A program made the translations under genes and the position numbers. DNA of 64,000 nt from assembly GCA_964016885.1 (NCBI GenBank), contig OZ024745.1, positions 58,094,001 to 58,158,000 on the forward strand, read 5' to 3'. Position 1 is the stretch's first letter. The number at the start of each line of letters is the position of its first letter. Shown here in pieces: positions 1 to 14,060 of the stretch. A model generated the notes under the pieces. That model was not told the origin of the DNA, did no database searches, and saw only the letters and a program-made list of their open reading frames with translations. Source of the stretch: Eledone cirrhosa. Its lineage: Eukaryota.

Positions 1-1603
1 CGTTCCCCTCCCCCCAAATCGTTGGCCTTATGCCTGAATTAGAAATCTATATTACATTCAAGACATTGTTTTGAGAATATTGAGGTAACAAGGTCGAATA
101 AAGAAAAAAGCGAGAGTTGAAAATAAATGGTAGAAAAGAAAGGAAACAAGAAACTAGAGAATTTGATTATTATATTGGGAATACTCTTTAGTCCAGATCT
201 ATTTCTAGATAGCAAATATCAAGGCAGCTGTTAGGAACTTTGCTCAGTATTTGTGAATATTGTGAGACTTACATATCGTTTGTATTTGAATCGTAACTGG
301 TAAGGCTGCGAGGGAATCGCGTGCGTGTGCCGATCTCAGTTGAATGATTTGTTTGTGTTGTTTTGTTTTGCCATGGCAGTTGACAGGTTTAGCTGGTAGT
401 AATAATTTTCCTAATATGGTGGTGGTGGTGGTAGTGGTGGTGGTGATTGGTCGGTGGTTATTGTTTTGTGGCAGGTGAATGGCAAGTAGTATTTGGCCAT
501 CCGTGTGTTATACACTTAGCTTTTGTCATTAGATTACTGTCAACTTTGTTTGTGGCTTTAGTTATGCTGATGGAAGAAATAGGCTGTCCTATTTGCTGGA
601 AGTCGAGAAGACGAAGAGATCTGGTGTCATGGTTCCACTATGAAATGATTGTGGTCATTTCTATTTTCGAATTTCTCATATATATTGTTGGCCCTCTCAT
701 GGGAGGGGAGGAAGTAAAAGTGAGGATGGCAACAACATATATCGTGAAGAAGGCGGGGGAATGAAATGTATGTTTATGATGTCGGATAGAATCTGTCTGA
801 TGTCGGTAACGTTAGATTGAAGCATATAGATTAGCAGATATGACACATTCTCTCAATATGTCAACAGCCAGGATTGTGGCTACCGAGGTAAAAGGACATA
901 TCGTCGAGCCTGAAAGCATACATATTATGTTTAGGAGATTTAGGTTCTAGTTGGTGGAGTCGCTTAATGACATATTGATGTGTCTCGAGAAGGTGAATAA
1001 CGAGTTTAGGACTAGAAAATGAGCTATAAAATATTATACAATGATCCTTCAACGCTGGACATGGGCTTGAGGTGATCAAATTTGGGTGGCTTGCTGTTCT
1101 GTGTCCCAAAACTGGTTTTGAATCTCTTTGAGAGTTTTCGCAATTTGCAGATATTGCTCCATGCGATGTTGATTTGGCCCTTGATCTGCATTGGTGTGAG
1201 TCTCATGACCTTTTAATATAAACCAATTGAGATGCTTGTGTTGTGAAGATGCAGTATGATAGCTGCATTTTTCAGAAGATTAGCAGATCAGGCACTATCG
1301 AAAATTTCCATAACTCCTTGGCCGTGTAGATTGAAAAGTATCAGATACATTTTAACATGTGACGCTTAGTCGATCGGCTGTCTTTGTGTATGACCATTTT
1401 ACGGATCACCATATTCTTTCATTTATATGGAAGGTCCGCTTTCCACTACCTGGAGGATTTTTTGGTGAAATGAGAATCGACTTAATGTTTGCAGAATGCA
1501 TATCTCTCATTGGTTTAGTTTATTATATATTTCATTTTTGTGTTTAATAATTTTGCGGCAAATAAATGCAATATCTGCTATTAAAGAGGTATCCCACTAC
1601 AAA

Positions 1604-1654
<51 letters not shown>

Positions 1655-2596
1655 GGGAAGAAGACGCACGAGGTGACGGAGGTCATGAAATCGCTCCCGT
1701 AAGTTTTGAATTTTTAACATATTTAAATCATTTGTGAAATAACAACTCTTAGTACAAATGCTACGTAAAGCACCCGGCTTGAGCCCCCAAAAATTCGGAC
1801 CCAAAATATATTGTTATAAGGCTCAAATATTCAAATATTCAACTTTGTATTGTACACTGTATATCCAAAAAAGAAAATGGCTATAAATGGAAGAAGAACC
1901 CCCCCCCCTCCTCTCCTCTGGCTACACTATATAGGACAGCTAAACTCACCAACACCAGAAACTAGATACACCACCCACCCCATCATCTGTGTACACTAAA
2001 CACAACAGCCAGATAACGACATTTTCACCTTCACCGCCACCGCTCACTACGGCCATCATTACCACCACTATCCCATCACCGCCGCCACCACCCCTTGACT
2101 CCTTCACTACTGCCACCGCTACAGCACCATCACTACAGTAATACGGTCACATCACCGCCACCACTGCCTCGGTATCGACATCACCACCACCACTGTCTCA
2201 GTATCGCTACCGCCGCCAGTCTCCCACTTCCCCCTGCTGGCTGCTACTTCCACATTATAGAATTCCTACTACTAACAAAGAGGAAGGCATCAAAATATAT
2301 AGATAGACTCAAAAGAAAAAAGAAAAAACAAACAACAAAACCAAAGCAGCACAGCAACAACAGCAAAAAACGAGAAAAACAAACAGAGAAAAACAAAAAC
2401 AAAAAAAGAAACCCCAAAACGTAAAGAAAATAAGAATGAAGAGAGAAGCAGGCGGACGGACAGAGAAGAGGGGGGAAAAAGTAAAACTTAAAAAACTAAA
2501 ACTAAGTCAGACATTCGAACACTACATTACAATGAAACTTATGCTTATTCATTTTTGGGGCCCTTTCTGCCTGTGTGTTTGTTTGTTTATGTGTGT

Positions 2597-5500
2597 TCGT
2601 ATACAGCGTGGTGATAATGCCACACAAGGGCCAAGTGGGATGGCGGATCCACAGATGGCTATGTAAACATACATTCGCCAATCCTCGATAAGAGTGTTTA
2701 AATATCGAACATAAACAGTTCGAATAACGGTGAAATGGAGACTAGAACGTCATGTGACAGACTCTCACCCAACAGGTGCCCCCTGGCTCAGCAGCAGGAA
2801 CCTGACTGTCAACCAAATACTGCTGATGTTGGAGGAAGGAGAAGAAGGAAAGGGGCCAGAACCAACTGGACGAAAGAATTGAATAGAATTGTTATGCAAT
2901 GCTACCTGAAAAGTAACCCCAAGGAGAGGGGCTACAGGAGACGGATGCATAACATCTGGAACGAGATTGGTTTATTTAAATTAGATGAACAAAAATTGGC
3001 CGGGCAGGCACGGGTAATAAGAACTAATGGGTGGATAAGCGAGCTGGAACTGGAGGAACTGAGCAGAGAGAATGGCTTGGAGATGGCGGGTGTAGTATGC
3101 CAGACAAGCGAGCCGGTGGGAAATGAAGGTGAGGAGGCCCTGAGAACGGAGGAACCACCCGAAGCAGACAATGATCTGAATACTGAGATAAATAATACCT
3201 GGAACAGAGATACGGCCACTGAGGAGATGAATGCTGACGGGCTAGGACAAGATTCGGTTGACATCCTAAATTTAGTGGTAGATGAATTGAACAATGATAG
3301 TGGGAGACCTATGAACCTAAGATTTGTAGACAGGAAAAAGTTAAAAGAAACAACAGCTAAGGTAAACAAAGTCATCCCGTACCTTGAGGCGAGGAGCCTT
3401 CACCAGTGCAACAATATCCTCAGGGCAACAGCAAATACGGTGAGGAAACTACTTGGTATAAAAGCGAGAGGAAACAACAGACAAGAAAGAGCAGAGCCGT
3501 GGTGGAAGAAGCGACTGAGTGGGCAAATCGGGGAAATGAGAAATGACATAGGAAAGCTTGAGTCACTACTGAATGGGACACTAAAAAACATAGGCACTAA
3601 AAATAGACTGGAAATAAAATACAAAACTAGGAGTAAAAAGCTAAATATTATCATAGAGGAATTGAAGCAACGCATTGTAGCAAAGAGTGCAAAAATCAGG
3701 CGATACGAGAACAGAGTCAGTCAGTATAAACAGAACCGCATGTTCGACAACAACCAGAAGATGCTGTTTGGACAGCTTGAGGGCAAAGAAAGAGGCAACG
3801 ACTTGATCCCTGGGGCGGAACAAACTAAAACATTCTGGAGAGGAATATGGGAGCAGGATGTTAGACACAATGCCCAGGCAGGGTGGATTGAGACAGTACA
3901 GAGGGAGATCGGTGAGCAGGCACAGCAACAGACTGATTTGAGTATCACAGTTGAAACTCTTAAGGGGCAAGCCAAAAAACTAACCAACTGGAAATCACCA
4001 GGCCCAGATGGTGTGCAGGGGTATTGGATTAAACATTTAACATCCCTCCACCCGAAGCTGACGGCCATGTTCAATGACTGCTTGGTGTCGGGTGAGGTGC
4101 CAGAGTGGTTGACAAAAGGTACCACAGTTCTGATAATGAAAGACCGAATCAAGGGTAATGATGCTAGCAACTATAGACCTATCACATGTCTGCCCGTAAT
4201 GTGGAAACTGTTGACGAGCATTGTGTCTGAGGAAATCTACCATCACCTCCACACAAACAACTTGTTACCGGACGAACAGAAAGGATGCCGAAAGAAGTCA
4301 CGTGGTACAAAGGACCAGTTGCTTATTGATAAGATGGTAATGGGGAATTGCAGGAGGAGACACACTGATCTTGCCATGGGATGGATAGACTACAGAAAGG
4401 CATATCACATGGTGCCTCATTCCTGGATCACCAAAAGCCTGGAGATCTTCAGGGTGGCAGATAACATCAGACAGTTGCTAGGCAGGAGTATGGGGTCCTG
4501 GGAGACAGAGTTGACATCAACTGGAGTATCCTTGGGAAGCGTGAAGATCAAGAGAGGTATCTTCCAGGGAGATAGCCTGTCCCCTCTGTTGTTTGTCCTT
4601 ACCCTGATGCCCTTGACCATTATGCTGCGAAAGGTGAGAGCAGGATACAAGTTGGGAAGGGGAGAGCTTACCATCAATCACCTCCTCTTCATGGACGATC
4701 TTAAGCTCTTCGAGAAAAGTGAGAAGGAGTTGGATGTGCTTGTTGACACTGTCCGTATTTTCAGCAGTGATATATGTATGCAGTTTGGTATTGGTAAATG
4801 TGGAGTCATTGTGATGAAGAGGGGTAGGTTGAGCAGAAGTAACGGGATCCAGATACCAACAGGTGAGATGATAAAGGAAATTGACTCTGAGGAAGGATAC
4901 AAGTATTTGGGCGTTCTGGAGGCTGATGGCATAAAGAACAAAAAAATGAAGGAATTGTTAAGAACTGAATACATTCGGAGAGTAAGGAGCGTATTGAAGT
5001 CACATCTGAACAGCAGAAATGCCATAAGCGCAGTAAATTCCCGAGCTGTGTCTATTATTAGGTACAGTGCGGGAATTCTGAGATGGAATGTTGCTGAACA
5101 AAAAGAAATGGATAGGAAGACTAGGAAGCTATTGACTATCTACAACATGTTCCACAAAAGGAGTGATGTCGATAGACTCTACCTAAGGAGATCTGAGGGT
5201 GGAAGAGGTCTTATCAGCATAGAGGACTGTGTTCAGATGGAGAAAAACAACCTATACAAATACGTGACCTATAGTAAGGAGCCAATGCTCAGAACTGTAC
5301 TGAAGGAGGGGACAGTAAGCCAGGGGATGTCCAGGGAGGAAATAACATCAAGGAGGAAGAGCAGCCTTAAGGGAAAATCCCTTCATAGTACCTTCTTTGA
5401 GAAAACTGAATTTAGAGATCCACAGACATGGAACTGGTTGAGAAGAGGAGACCTCAAAAAGGCTACAGAAGGAATGCTAATGGCTGCGCAGGAGCAGGCC

Positions 5501-6200
5501 CTCAAAACGAAGTGGTTGAAGCACCATATCTACAAGGAGGAGGCTAGCCCACTGTGCAGGATCTGTGGAGAGAGAGAGGAGACTGTGGCTCACATTGTGT
5601 CCGAGTGTAAACACCTAGCCCAGACCCACTATAAGGGCTGGAGACACGATGTGATGGGCAGGGTGATCCACTGGCACCTGTGCAAAGTAAACAATCTACC
5701 ACATTCTGAGAAATGGTATGAGCATAGGCCAGAGGCGGTGATGGAGAACAATCAGGTGAAGGTGCTGTGGGATTTTAGGATACAGACGGACAAAAAACTG
5801 GAACACAATAGACCTGACCTGGTGGTTGTGGACAAAGAAAAAAGATCGTGCCTGATTGTGGATGTGGCCTGCCCGTTCGACACGAGAGTGCAAGAGAAGG
5901 AGAGGGAGAAAATTAACCGATACCAGGACCTAAAGTGGGAGGTGAAAAGGATTTGGAACTGCCATGAAGTCAAAGTGATCCCGATTGTCATAGGCGCACT
6001 GGGGACTATCTCCAAAAGTTTCCAGGGATGGTTAAAGAAAATCGGCCCCTTCACGCTTTTTGGAACGCTTCAAAAGGCATGCTTGCTTGGAACAGCAAGA
6101 ACCCTCCGATACGTCCTGAATATCTGAGGCTGCAGGTAGTGGCTTGATATTCAATCCAACGGACTTTCCAGTTAACCAACATCAATGACTGAGATTCAAG

Positions 6201-6277
<77 letters not shown>
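2597..6277 (+). mobile_element. R4/Dong-like non-LTR element ending in (TAA)n
   Basis: The ORF above, a 3' UTR of about 75 nt, then (TAA)n at 6201-6277. The 5' boundary is approximate. Confidence 0.85.
2735..6127 (+). CDS. Single ORF of an R4/Dong-clade non-LTR retrotransposon: reverse transcriptase, CCHC knuckle and restriction-like endonuclease
   Basis: 1130 aa uninterrupted. RT motifs KSPGPDG, NYRPITCL, WIDYRKAY, GIFQGDSLSP, LFMDD, YKYLG. Knuckle CRICGEREETVAHIVSEC followed by RHD. RLE motif NRPDLVVVD...IVDVACP...EKINRY. Confidence 0.95.
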   Translation: METRTSCDRLSPNRCPLAQQQEPDCQPNTADVGGRRRRKGARTNWTKELNRIVMQCYLKSNPKERGYRRRMHNIWNEIGLFKLDEQKLAGQARVIRTNGWISELELEELSRENGLEMAGVVCQTSEPVGNEGEEALRTEEPPEADNDLNTEINNTWNRDTATEEMNADGLGQDSVDILNLVVDELNNDSGRPMNLRFVDRKKLKETTAKVNKVIPYLEARSLHQCNNILRATANTVRKLLGIKARGNNRQERAEPWWKKRLSGQIGEMRNDIGKLESLLNGTLKNIGTKNRLEIKYKTRSKKLNIIIEELKQRIVAKSAKIRRYENRVSQYKQNRMFDNNQKMLFGQLEGKERGNDLIPGAEQTKTFWRGIWEQDVRHNAQAGWIETVQREIGEQAQQQTDLSITVETLKGQAKKLTNWKSPGPDGVQGYWIKHLTSLHPKLTAMFNDCLVSGEVPEWLTKGTTVLIMKDRIKGNDASNYRPITCLPVMWKLLTSIVSEEIYHHLHTNNLLPDEQKGCRKKSRGTKDQLLIDKMVMGNCRRRHTDLAMGWIDYRKAYHMVPHSWITKSLEIFRVADNIRQLLGRSMGSWETELTSTGVSLGSVKIKRGIFQGDSLSPLLFVLTLMPLTIMLRKVRAGYKLGRGELTINHLLFMDDLKLFEKSEKELDVLVDTVRIFSSDICMQFGIGKCGVIVMKRGRLSRSNGIQIPTGEMIKEIDSEEGYKYLGVLEADGIKNKKMKELLRTEYIRRVRSVLKSHLNSRNAISAVNSRAVSIIRYSAGILRWNVAEQKEMDRKTRKLLTIYNMFHKRSDVDRLYLRRSEGGRGLISIEDCVQMEKNNLYKYVTYSKEPMLRTVLKEGTVSQGMSREEITSRRKSSLKGKSLHSTFFEKTEFRDPQTWNWLRRGDLKKATEGMLMAAQEQALKTKWLKHHIYKEEASPLCRICGEREETVAHIVSECKHLAQTHYKGWRHDVMGRVIHWHLCKVNNLPHSEKWYEHRPEAVMENNQVKVLWDFRIQTDKKLEHNRPDLVVVDKEKRSCLIVDVACPFDTRVQEKEREKINRYQDLKWEVKRIWNCHEVKVIPIVIGALGTISKSFQGWLKKIGPFTLFGTLQKACLLGTARTLRYVLNI

Positions 6278-6281
<4 letters not shown>

Positions 6282-6426
6282 TTTCTTTATTAACCACAAG
6301 GGTTTACATAAAGTAGACATTAAGGACAGTGCAGGACAATGCAGGACGGTACAAATGGGCATTTCTGCGTGTAAAAAACAAAAACAGAGGATGTAACAAA
6401 AATAACAATGAAAATAATAATAATAA

Positions 6427-6457
<31 letters not shown>

Positions 6458-6489
6458 AAGAAGAAGAAGAAGAAAGGGATGATTATATG

Positions 6490-6536
<47 letters not shown>

Positions 6537-6637
6537 GTTTACATGTCTTTCTCTATCTCCACCCACTTCTTTTTATCCCAATAACTTATTTTAGTTATTG
6601 AATCGGCCTAGGCTGAGGTATCTTGTCTCTAACGCGA

Positions 6638-6677
<40 letters not shown>

Positions 6678-7957
6678 ACAAACAGGGAGAAAGAGACGAT
6701 TATTAGGAAGAAACATTTTTTTTTTCCTTTTTTGTTTCTCTCTCTTTTTTTTCTGGGTTAAAAAAATGATTAAAACGAAATGTTTTACTTTGTATGAAGT
6801 GTTAAGGTATTAGTTGATTTATTTATTATTTAACAATGGTATTTATTTATCTATTTATATATTTAATAATTGTATATATATATATATATATTGGTGAGTG
6901 TATCTATAAGTCTTTCGACAATATTTTTCATGGAAATAATCTTTCCCTAGAATTTCATTTCAGAATTGTTACTTAAATTATTATATTAAATACTTAATCT
7001 AATATCATTAGAAAATGTTAAAACATTTCTAAAGAGAACTCAAGTTATTGTTATTTCATTTGTCATCGTCAAAATTGATATCACCATCACACCTCAGTTT
7101 TGTTTTTGTTATCATTGTTTTGTTTTTTTTTATTGTAGAATAATCAACTCATTGTTGTTTTCTTTTTGCTATTTCTTATCGTTACATTTCAGGAAACATT
7201 ATTTGGCCAATGTTTATTTGCCCAGTAGACAATAGGTAGCGATAATATTTCATTACCATATCTTGTCTTGTGGTTTATTGCTGTATGTTATTATTTTGGC
7301 TCTTCTTCTTCCCTTTTTTTTCAAGGTTTTCAGTTTCAGTTTTCTTTCGCTCTTTCCTCTTATTCCACTTTTTTTCTCCTCCTGCTCCTGCTCCTCCCCC
7401 TCCTTCTGTCCCTCCTCCCCATCCCCCTCATCATCATCCTTCCATTCTTCCTCTTCTTTTTTTCTCTTCTTCTTCTTTTTCTTCTTCTTTTTCTTCTTCT
7501 TGTCTTCTTCTGTCATTTTGTCTTGTTGTCCTCATTTAAATTTTTTTTTCTTCCTTCCGTTCTCCATATTATTGATTGTATGTATTGTCTTAATTATACT
7601 ATCTTTTTCAACATATTTTTTGTGATAATGCGTTTATGTGTTGCAGCCAAAATACCGTCTGTCCTAGCCAAAAGCAATGACTGATATCACTATCTTCAGA
7701 ATGTTAATATTTAAATTTGACAGCGGCTAAATTGATATAGAACTACTGGAGGGAATCGTTTAACTAACGCACTATTTTTCTTTTCATTAAATCAAACAAA
7801 AAAAAACAAAAAAAAAAAAGACGACTAGCATTCAATTTTTAGTGTAATAGCATTACTGCTAAATGATGATGAATTTAATCTAGATTAATATGTTTAATGT
7901 AGATTATATATAAATCTGTTACCATTCGATAAGCTTCGTCTTTTAATTATATATATA

Positions 7958-8057
<100 letters not shown>

Positions 8058-8258
8058 GAGAGAGAGAGAGAGATGTCAACATGAATGGACCTGTTATTTT
8101 TATCTAAAGACATTTTTTCCAATTCCATCCCGCCCGTCCCCTCAATCTATTTTATCTATTTTAAGGACTAGCGTCCGAAACGTTAAGACCACCTTCCTGC
8201 TATATCAAGCGTTAACCTTCCATATACTGTACCGATTGTGTTGTTATTTCTGTATACC

Positions 8259-8398
<140 letters not shown>

Positions 8399-8401
8399 GA
8401 G

Positions 8402-9615
8402 TATATATATATACAGTTGTAGCTCCCGTCTGTTTGTTTGTTTTTTTGCTTGTTTGTTCACGAACTCCTCCAACGTTTTGGGAGATAAACCCCCATATCC
8501 ATATATATTCTGAAATTACATTGCCCTTGGATAGGTTTATTTGATTTTAATCAAAGGGTTCCTCGGGGACACAAACCCCCACTGAAAATGTTTTCCATTC
8601 CATTTATATGAAATTTAAACCGTAAGTAAATGACAAGATATGATGCCTATTCACAAAATTTTAGCAAATTTCATAAATATTAAGACACCCTAATGGGGGT
8701 TAAACCCCCCATAGATAGAATTTTGGCGAATAAATGGAACAAGATATGTTGTAACAAGATGCATGAGAACTTGATTGAAGCAACCATTATATTCGGGGCT
8801 TACAAAGGTCAAGCTCTTCTCATTCCAAGGATTGCAAATATACCAAGTGATAGCTAGTTGCTTTTTACATTTAAGAGGCTGCAGTTCCCAGTGAGGCCAT
8901 GCTTTGCCATGAGCATCAATAAGAGTCAAGATCAAGCTTTCAAAACTATTGGTATAGATCTGACAAACCCATGTTTCAGTAATCGCATGTTTTATGTGGC
9001 TGCTTCAGGGACTGGAACTTCAAAAAATCTCTACATTTTACCCAATCAAAGAAAGACAAGAAATGTTGTTTACCTTGAAGTTCTTCATTAGGACAAAGTA
9101 TGAAATATATTTTCATGTATTTATTATGTTAAAAAATAAATAATTAAACTTTGAATTTCTAATTTGAAAATAATGCTTTACACAAAAATGAAATGATAAA
9201 ATTTTGAATGATATTTTGAAACAAAATAAGAATAAGATTTAATATTGTAATTTTGATTTGATATATTACAAAAAATAATTGTTTCTACTTTTGGCACAAG
9301 GCCAGCAATTATGCCAGTGTATTACTGGTACTTTATTTTATCGACCCCATAAGGATGAAAGGCAAAGTTAACCTCGGCGGGATTTGAACTCAGTCCTCCG
9401 TAAAGGGACGTAACTGTGCTGCAAAGCATGGCGTCCGACCCTCTACCGATACTGCCAATCCACCGCCCTTGATTATAGTAGAAAAAATAATGTTTTCCAA
9501 TTTTTCACGCATTACATTTTTCATTGAGTAATATTGAAATGCAGTTTTTCTCAATAAATTATATCACTTACAAAAAATATGTGTGAAACGCAGCAAGGCG
9601 CGGGTAATTCGGGTA

Positions 9616-9616
<1 letters not shown>
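8402..9616 (+). mobile_element. Non-autonomous Helitron with a PIF1 helicase C-terminal fragment and a nested SINE
   Basis: 8858-9091 encodes RLQFPVRPCFAMSINKSQDQ...PCFSNRMFYVAAS, homologous to 59360-59704. Helitron-like 5' gtctgtttgtttgt. Degenerate GC hairpin then GTAG|T at 9613-9617. Confidence 0.75.
9274..9470 (-). mobile_element. tRNA-derived SINE, family 1
   Basis: Reverse complement of the 14061-14254 copy, with B-box-like gagttcaaatcc and tail ggccttgtgccaaaagtagaaacaatt. Confidence 0.85.
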
Positions 9617-9702
<86 letters not shown>

Positions 9703-9767
9703 CTCTACTATGTATTGAGTACATTACTTACTGTGGTTAACCCCTGATTGAACCCGGGATACACACG

Positions 9768-9864
<97 letters not shown>

Positions 9865-10087
9865 CATATATATATATAATGATTATTATTTTCTCTGACG
9901 CAAAATCATCCAGTTTCTTGAATTATTCGGTAATTATATAGCGATTCTTTGCTTAAACTTTAATCTATTATTTTAATAAATATTTGCTCTACGGTTCTTA
10001 TATATTTGATATATATTTATCCTTATCGAGCCCTCTTTGGATTTTAGTCTTCAAATTTATTATTATTATTATTATATATATATATAT

Positions 10088-10695
10088 AAAATTAGAATTG
10101 GTGCTCTGAAATAGCGACATGTATATGAATGTATAGATAGTGTATTTTGCAATACACTGTATGCTTAATTAAAAGCATTTTGAAGACCTTTTACGCTATT
10201 GTTTTAAAGTTGTGACTATGTCACTTACTTCTTTTTTCGGCAAACAAAAGGAGACAAGCTTACATATCTCTGTTTCGTACTGTTGGTACTCCTCGGAGCT
10301 TACCACTCCCTCTGCCCGCTGAAAATTATGTATGTTGGATTCTTATAGAATTCCAGTAATAATCAGGAGCTGATTATACAGAGCCGTGCCGGCCCAGCAA
10401 AAATTGAAAATTAGAATTGGTGCTCTGAAATAGCGATATATATATGAATGTATATATATAGTGTATTTTACAATAAACTGTATGCTTAATTAAAAGCATT
10501 TTGAAGACCTTACGCTATTGTTTTAAAGTAGTGACTATGTCACTTACTTCTTTTCAAAGGGAGATAAGCTACCAATTCTAATTTTCAATTTCAATCCTGA
10601 AAAAAGAAGTAAGTGACATAGTCACTACTTTAAAACAATACCCTAATGTCTTCAAAATGCTTTTAATTAAGCATACAGTGTTTTGTAAAATACAC

Positions 10696-10700
<5 letters not shown>
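10088..10700 (-). mobile_element. HHR-bearing 319-bp unit, partial tandem copy plus inverted segment
   Basis: aaaattagaattggtgctctg recurs at 10088 and 10407. Inverted copy at about 10570-10700. (TA)n flanks. Confidence 0.7.
10256..10301 (-). ncRNA. Type I hammerhead motif, U4C core variant
   Basis: Minus strand reads aagct-CCGAGGA-gtac caaca gtac-GAAAcagagatatGTA-agctt. Confidence 0.7.
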
Positions 10701-10753
<53 letters not shown>

Positions 10754-11879
10754 TTTACATATATATATATATACATATATACATATACGTGTTTTGCAAC
10801 AGATCACTTTGTGGCTCAATGAAAAGTTAATAAATTAAATAATCAGAGCTATATATCATAAAACATGTCTATAGAATCACCAGATAAAATATATACCATT
10901 TCCTCTCCCAATTAGCATAATTAACCATATAAAAAATCGAATAGACCAGGCTATATATATATATTAATTATTCAAAATCTACACATTACTTTATCAGTAA
11001 CTCATATAACACCCAGCAACACACATATACGCATCCATCATATCACCAGAGGGAACCCAATACCATATCACCCATTGATAACTGAAATATTACCTCAGTT
11101 TACTTAATGAGACATACAATGGGAAAACGTGAAGTTGAAATTTGAGTATGAATTATATAGGTGTATGTGTGTGTTGTGCATATGTGTTGGAGATTGTGTA
11201 ACGGTTTTTAAGTGTGTATACAAGTTTTTGTGGGGATTTAAGTTCATAAATAAATTGACATGCATACTTTATTGGTAATAAATGTACATTTAGAAATAGT
11301 CTTGGCTTTTAATAACAGAACGGTGTACAATGAATGTTTAATACATGAAAACTTATTAACAAATTATCCATTAACGTAATTATATAAATATATATATATG
11401 CCTGTATACATGTATAAATACGTACATAAATAAATATATACCCCCACTCTTCTGAGCGTGAAATTAATAAACATTTATTGTACTGCCTCTCTGTTTTGTC
11501 CCTGTTCAAATTTTTCCATTATATATATATATATATATACGTCTATGTGTGTATGCGTACGTGTACATATATACGCATATATTCATACCTTAAAGTCATG
11601 AAACAACTCGTGACACATTGCTTCAAAAATATCACAGGAACTACGAGATCTACGTAGATTCCTAATATTTTTATCCTTGGTTTTTCGCATCACGAACATA
11701 GATGAGTTTTCTTTCAATAGTAATTCCTATATCAAAATTACTTTTGTTTTTCTCCGAGTATTTTTAAATTCACAGAAACATAATACATTTGACATTTCAA
11801 AGAAGACTGAAAACACAATACAATTACACACACATACATACACACTCACATTTACACACACACTCCTTCACACATACGC

Positions 11880-12010
<131 letters not shown>

Positions 12011-12150
12011 TGTATGTGTGTGTTGTGCATATGTGTTGGAGAATGTGTAACGGTTTTTAAGTGTGTATACAAGTTTGTGTGGGGATTTAAGTTCATAAAT
12101 AAATTGACATGCATACTTTATTTACACACAAACTCGTTCACACATACGCG

Positions 12151-12186
<36 letters not shown>

Positions 12187-12772
12187 AGTGTACGTGTGTG
12201 TGAGAGAGAGAGATTGCATGTGTGTGAACTTGTTGACTGTTTCAGGCATACCAGCAATAACGTTGCAAGTAACATACCATCAGATTTTCTAGCTCTGTAG
12301 AATAGATTCACCCCACCTAATAAAATGGACACACTAACGAAATGGATTTCCCTTCACCATTAAACACCCTCTCACCCTGAGTTATATATTTCTACCCTTT
12401 ATTGATACCTTCCTTGAACACAACGGCCAACTTACCCATTCAACATTTTATGTCCAATAACCTTTCTTAGAAGGTTCAAGAAATTTTCGGTTACGTGACA
12501 GCATGTTATAAAATCCGATTAAAATTTCCTAATATTTGAAGAATCTCCTAAAGCTTTCCCGGAAATATAACAGTCACATTCGAATTTTTTGCTAGCAATT
12601 CCCGCCAACAATATATTTCGTAATGAATCCTTTTTAAGAAATGAAGTATACTGTTTTCTTTGGAAATACGACAATTGTGCATTCAAAAACATTTATCATT
12701 TAGCTAGGCGTAAATTAGTACTTACATAAAATAAATGAACCACACCGCATTACATTATTTCTGTTAATGCCG

Positions 12773-12963
12773 TTAAAGTCGTTGGATTGGTAGTATTGGT
12801 AGAGGGTCGGACGCCATGCTTTGACGCAAAGAGTTACGGCCCTTTCCATTCTGAGTTCAAATCCCGCCGAGGTTAACTTTGCCTTTCATCCTTACGGGGT
12901 CGATAAAATAAAGTACCAGTAATACACTGGGTAATTGCTGGCCTTGTGCCAAAAGTAGAAACA
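12773..12963 (+). mobile_element. SINE family 1 with 19-bp TSD
   Basis: TSD attatttctgttaatgccg at 12754-12772 and 12964-12982. Confidence 0.9.
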
Positions 12964-13327
12964 ATTATTTCTGTTAATGCCGGAATTATTGTGTTTTACG
13001 GTTTTGTGTAATTTTCCCTATAGTCTATGTTGCATTTTCAGATAATTAATCCATGATGTGCATTGATATACATATCAGTAATTATTCCAGTGATGAATAC
13101 ACATTATACTATTTAGTTTGGTCAGCAATCTACTGTCACAAAGTATAAAGATAATTCATTTATGATGAACGGCCAATTACCCGTGAAGGATATGTTTTTT
13201 TGTGTTTCTGATTACGGAGGAAATCGCAGAATGTTTTACAAATTGGTTTATAATATTACTTATACACACACACAAATACACGCATGCATACACACACTCA
13301 CATACACATATGAATACACACACACAC

Positions 13328-13369
<42 letters not shown>

Positions 13370-13576
13370 GTATATGTATATATGTATATATATATATATA
13401 TATAGATAGATATATATGTGTGTGGGGGGGGGTATATGACTATATATATATATATATATCTATATATATATACATACATACATATGCGTGTGTATAATGG
13501 TAGCTATGGTGCTTCCATAGGCGGTATGCCAAAATTAGCACTCAATATTCTTACAGAGCAGTGTGTGAATAGTATA

Positions 13577-13926
13577 AAATAAACGAAAAATCAGTGATGC
13601 ATCTGGACTCAGTTTATTGTGTGTCACAATTGTTTCGCCGGCAGGTAGCCCGAGACATCGATCACTGTATGGATCTGGCTGATTCTACGGCTGCAGGTTC
13701 CTTCGGACACATGCAATTCGTGCGGAGCAAATTTTCTCACTGTGAAAATTTGCTCAGAAAATTTGAGAAAATTTGCTCCGAAAGAATTGCATGTGTCCGA
13801 AGGAACCTGCAGCCGTAGAATCAGCCAAATCCATACAGTGATCGATGTCTCGGGCTACCTACCGGCGAAACAATTGTAACACGCAATAATCTGAGTCCAG
13901 ATGCATCACTGATTTATCGTTTATTT
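13577..13926. repeat. Fold-back palindrome of about 350 bp with an aberrant HHR-like motif in each arm
   Basis: Arms are near-identical reverse complements. Right arm reads gtgt-CCGAAGG...gccgtag...ctaccggc-GAAAcaattGTA-acac. Confidence 0.85.
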
Positions 13927-14060
13927 ACATACATACATACATATATATATATATATCAGTCATGCCTGGCAAGGAAGTTGAGACTGGATTACATTGGTGA
14001 AGTTTAACAGATCGATACATATATAAATTGTCTATACCCATTATTATGTAAATTGCAAAT

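Noticed and set aside
2597-2734. HDV-like or hammerhead ribozyme in the R4-like 5' UTR
   Set aside because: Hairpins exist, but I could not build the P1/P3/P1.1 pseudoknot or a CUGANGA/GAAA core.
2765-6054. Minus-strand ORFs inside the R4-like ORF
   Set aside because: Antisense shadows of a real coding sequence.
8160-8195. Further HHR-like scraps (also 15575-15650 and 26122-26145)
   Set aside because: Only half of the core survives in each; not counted.
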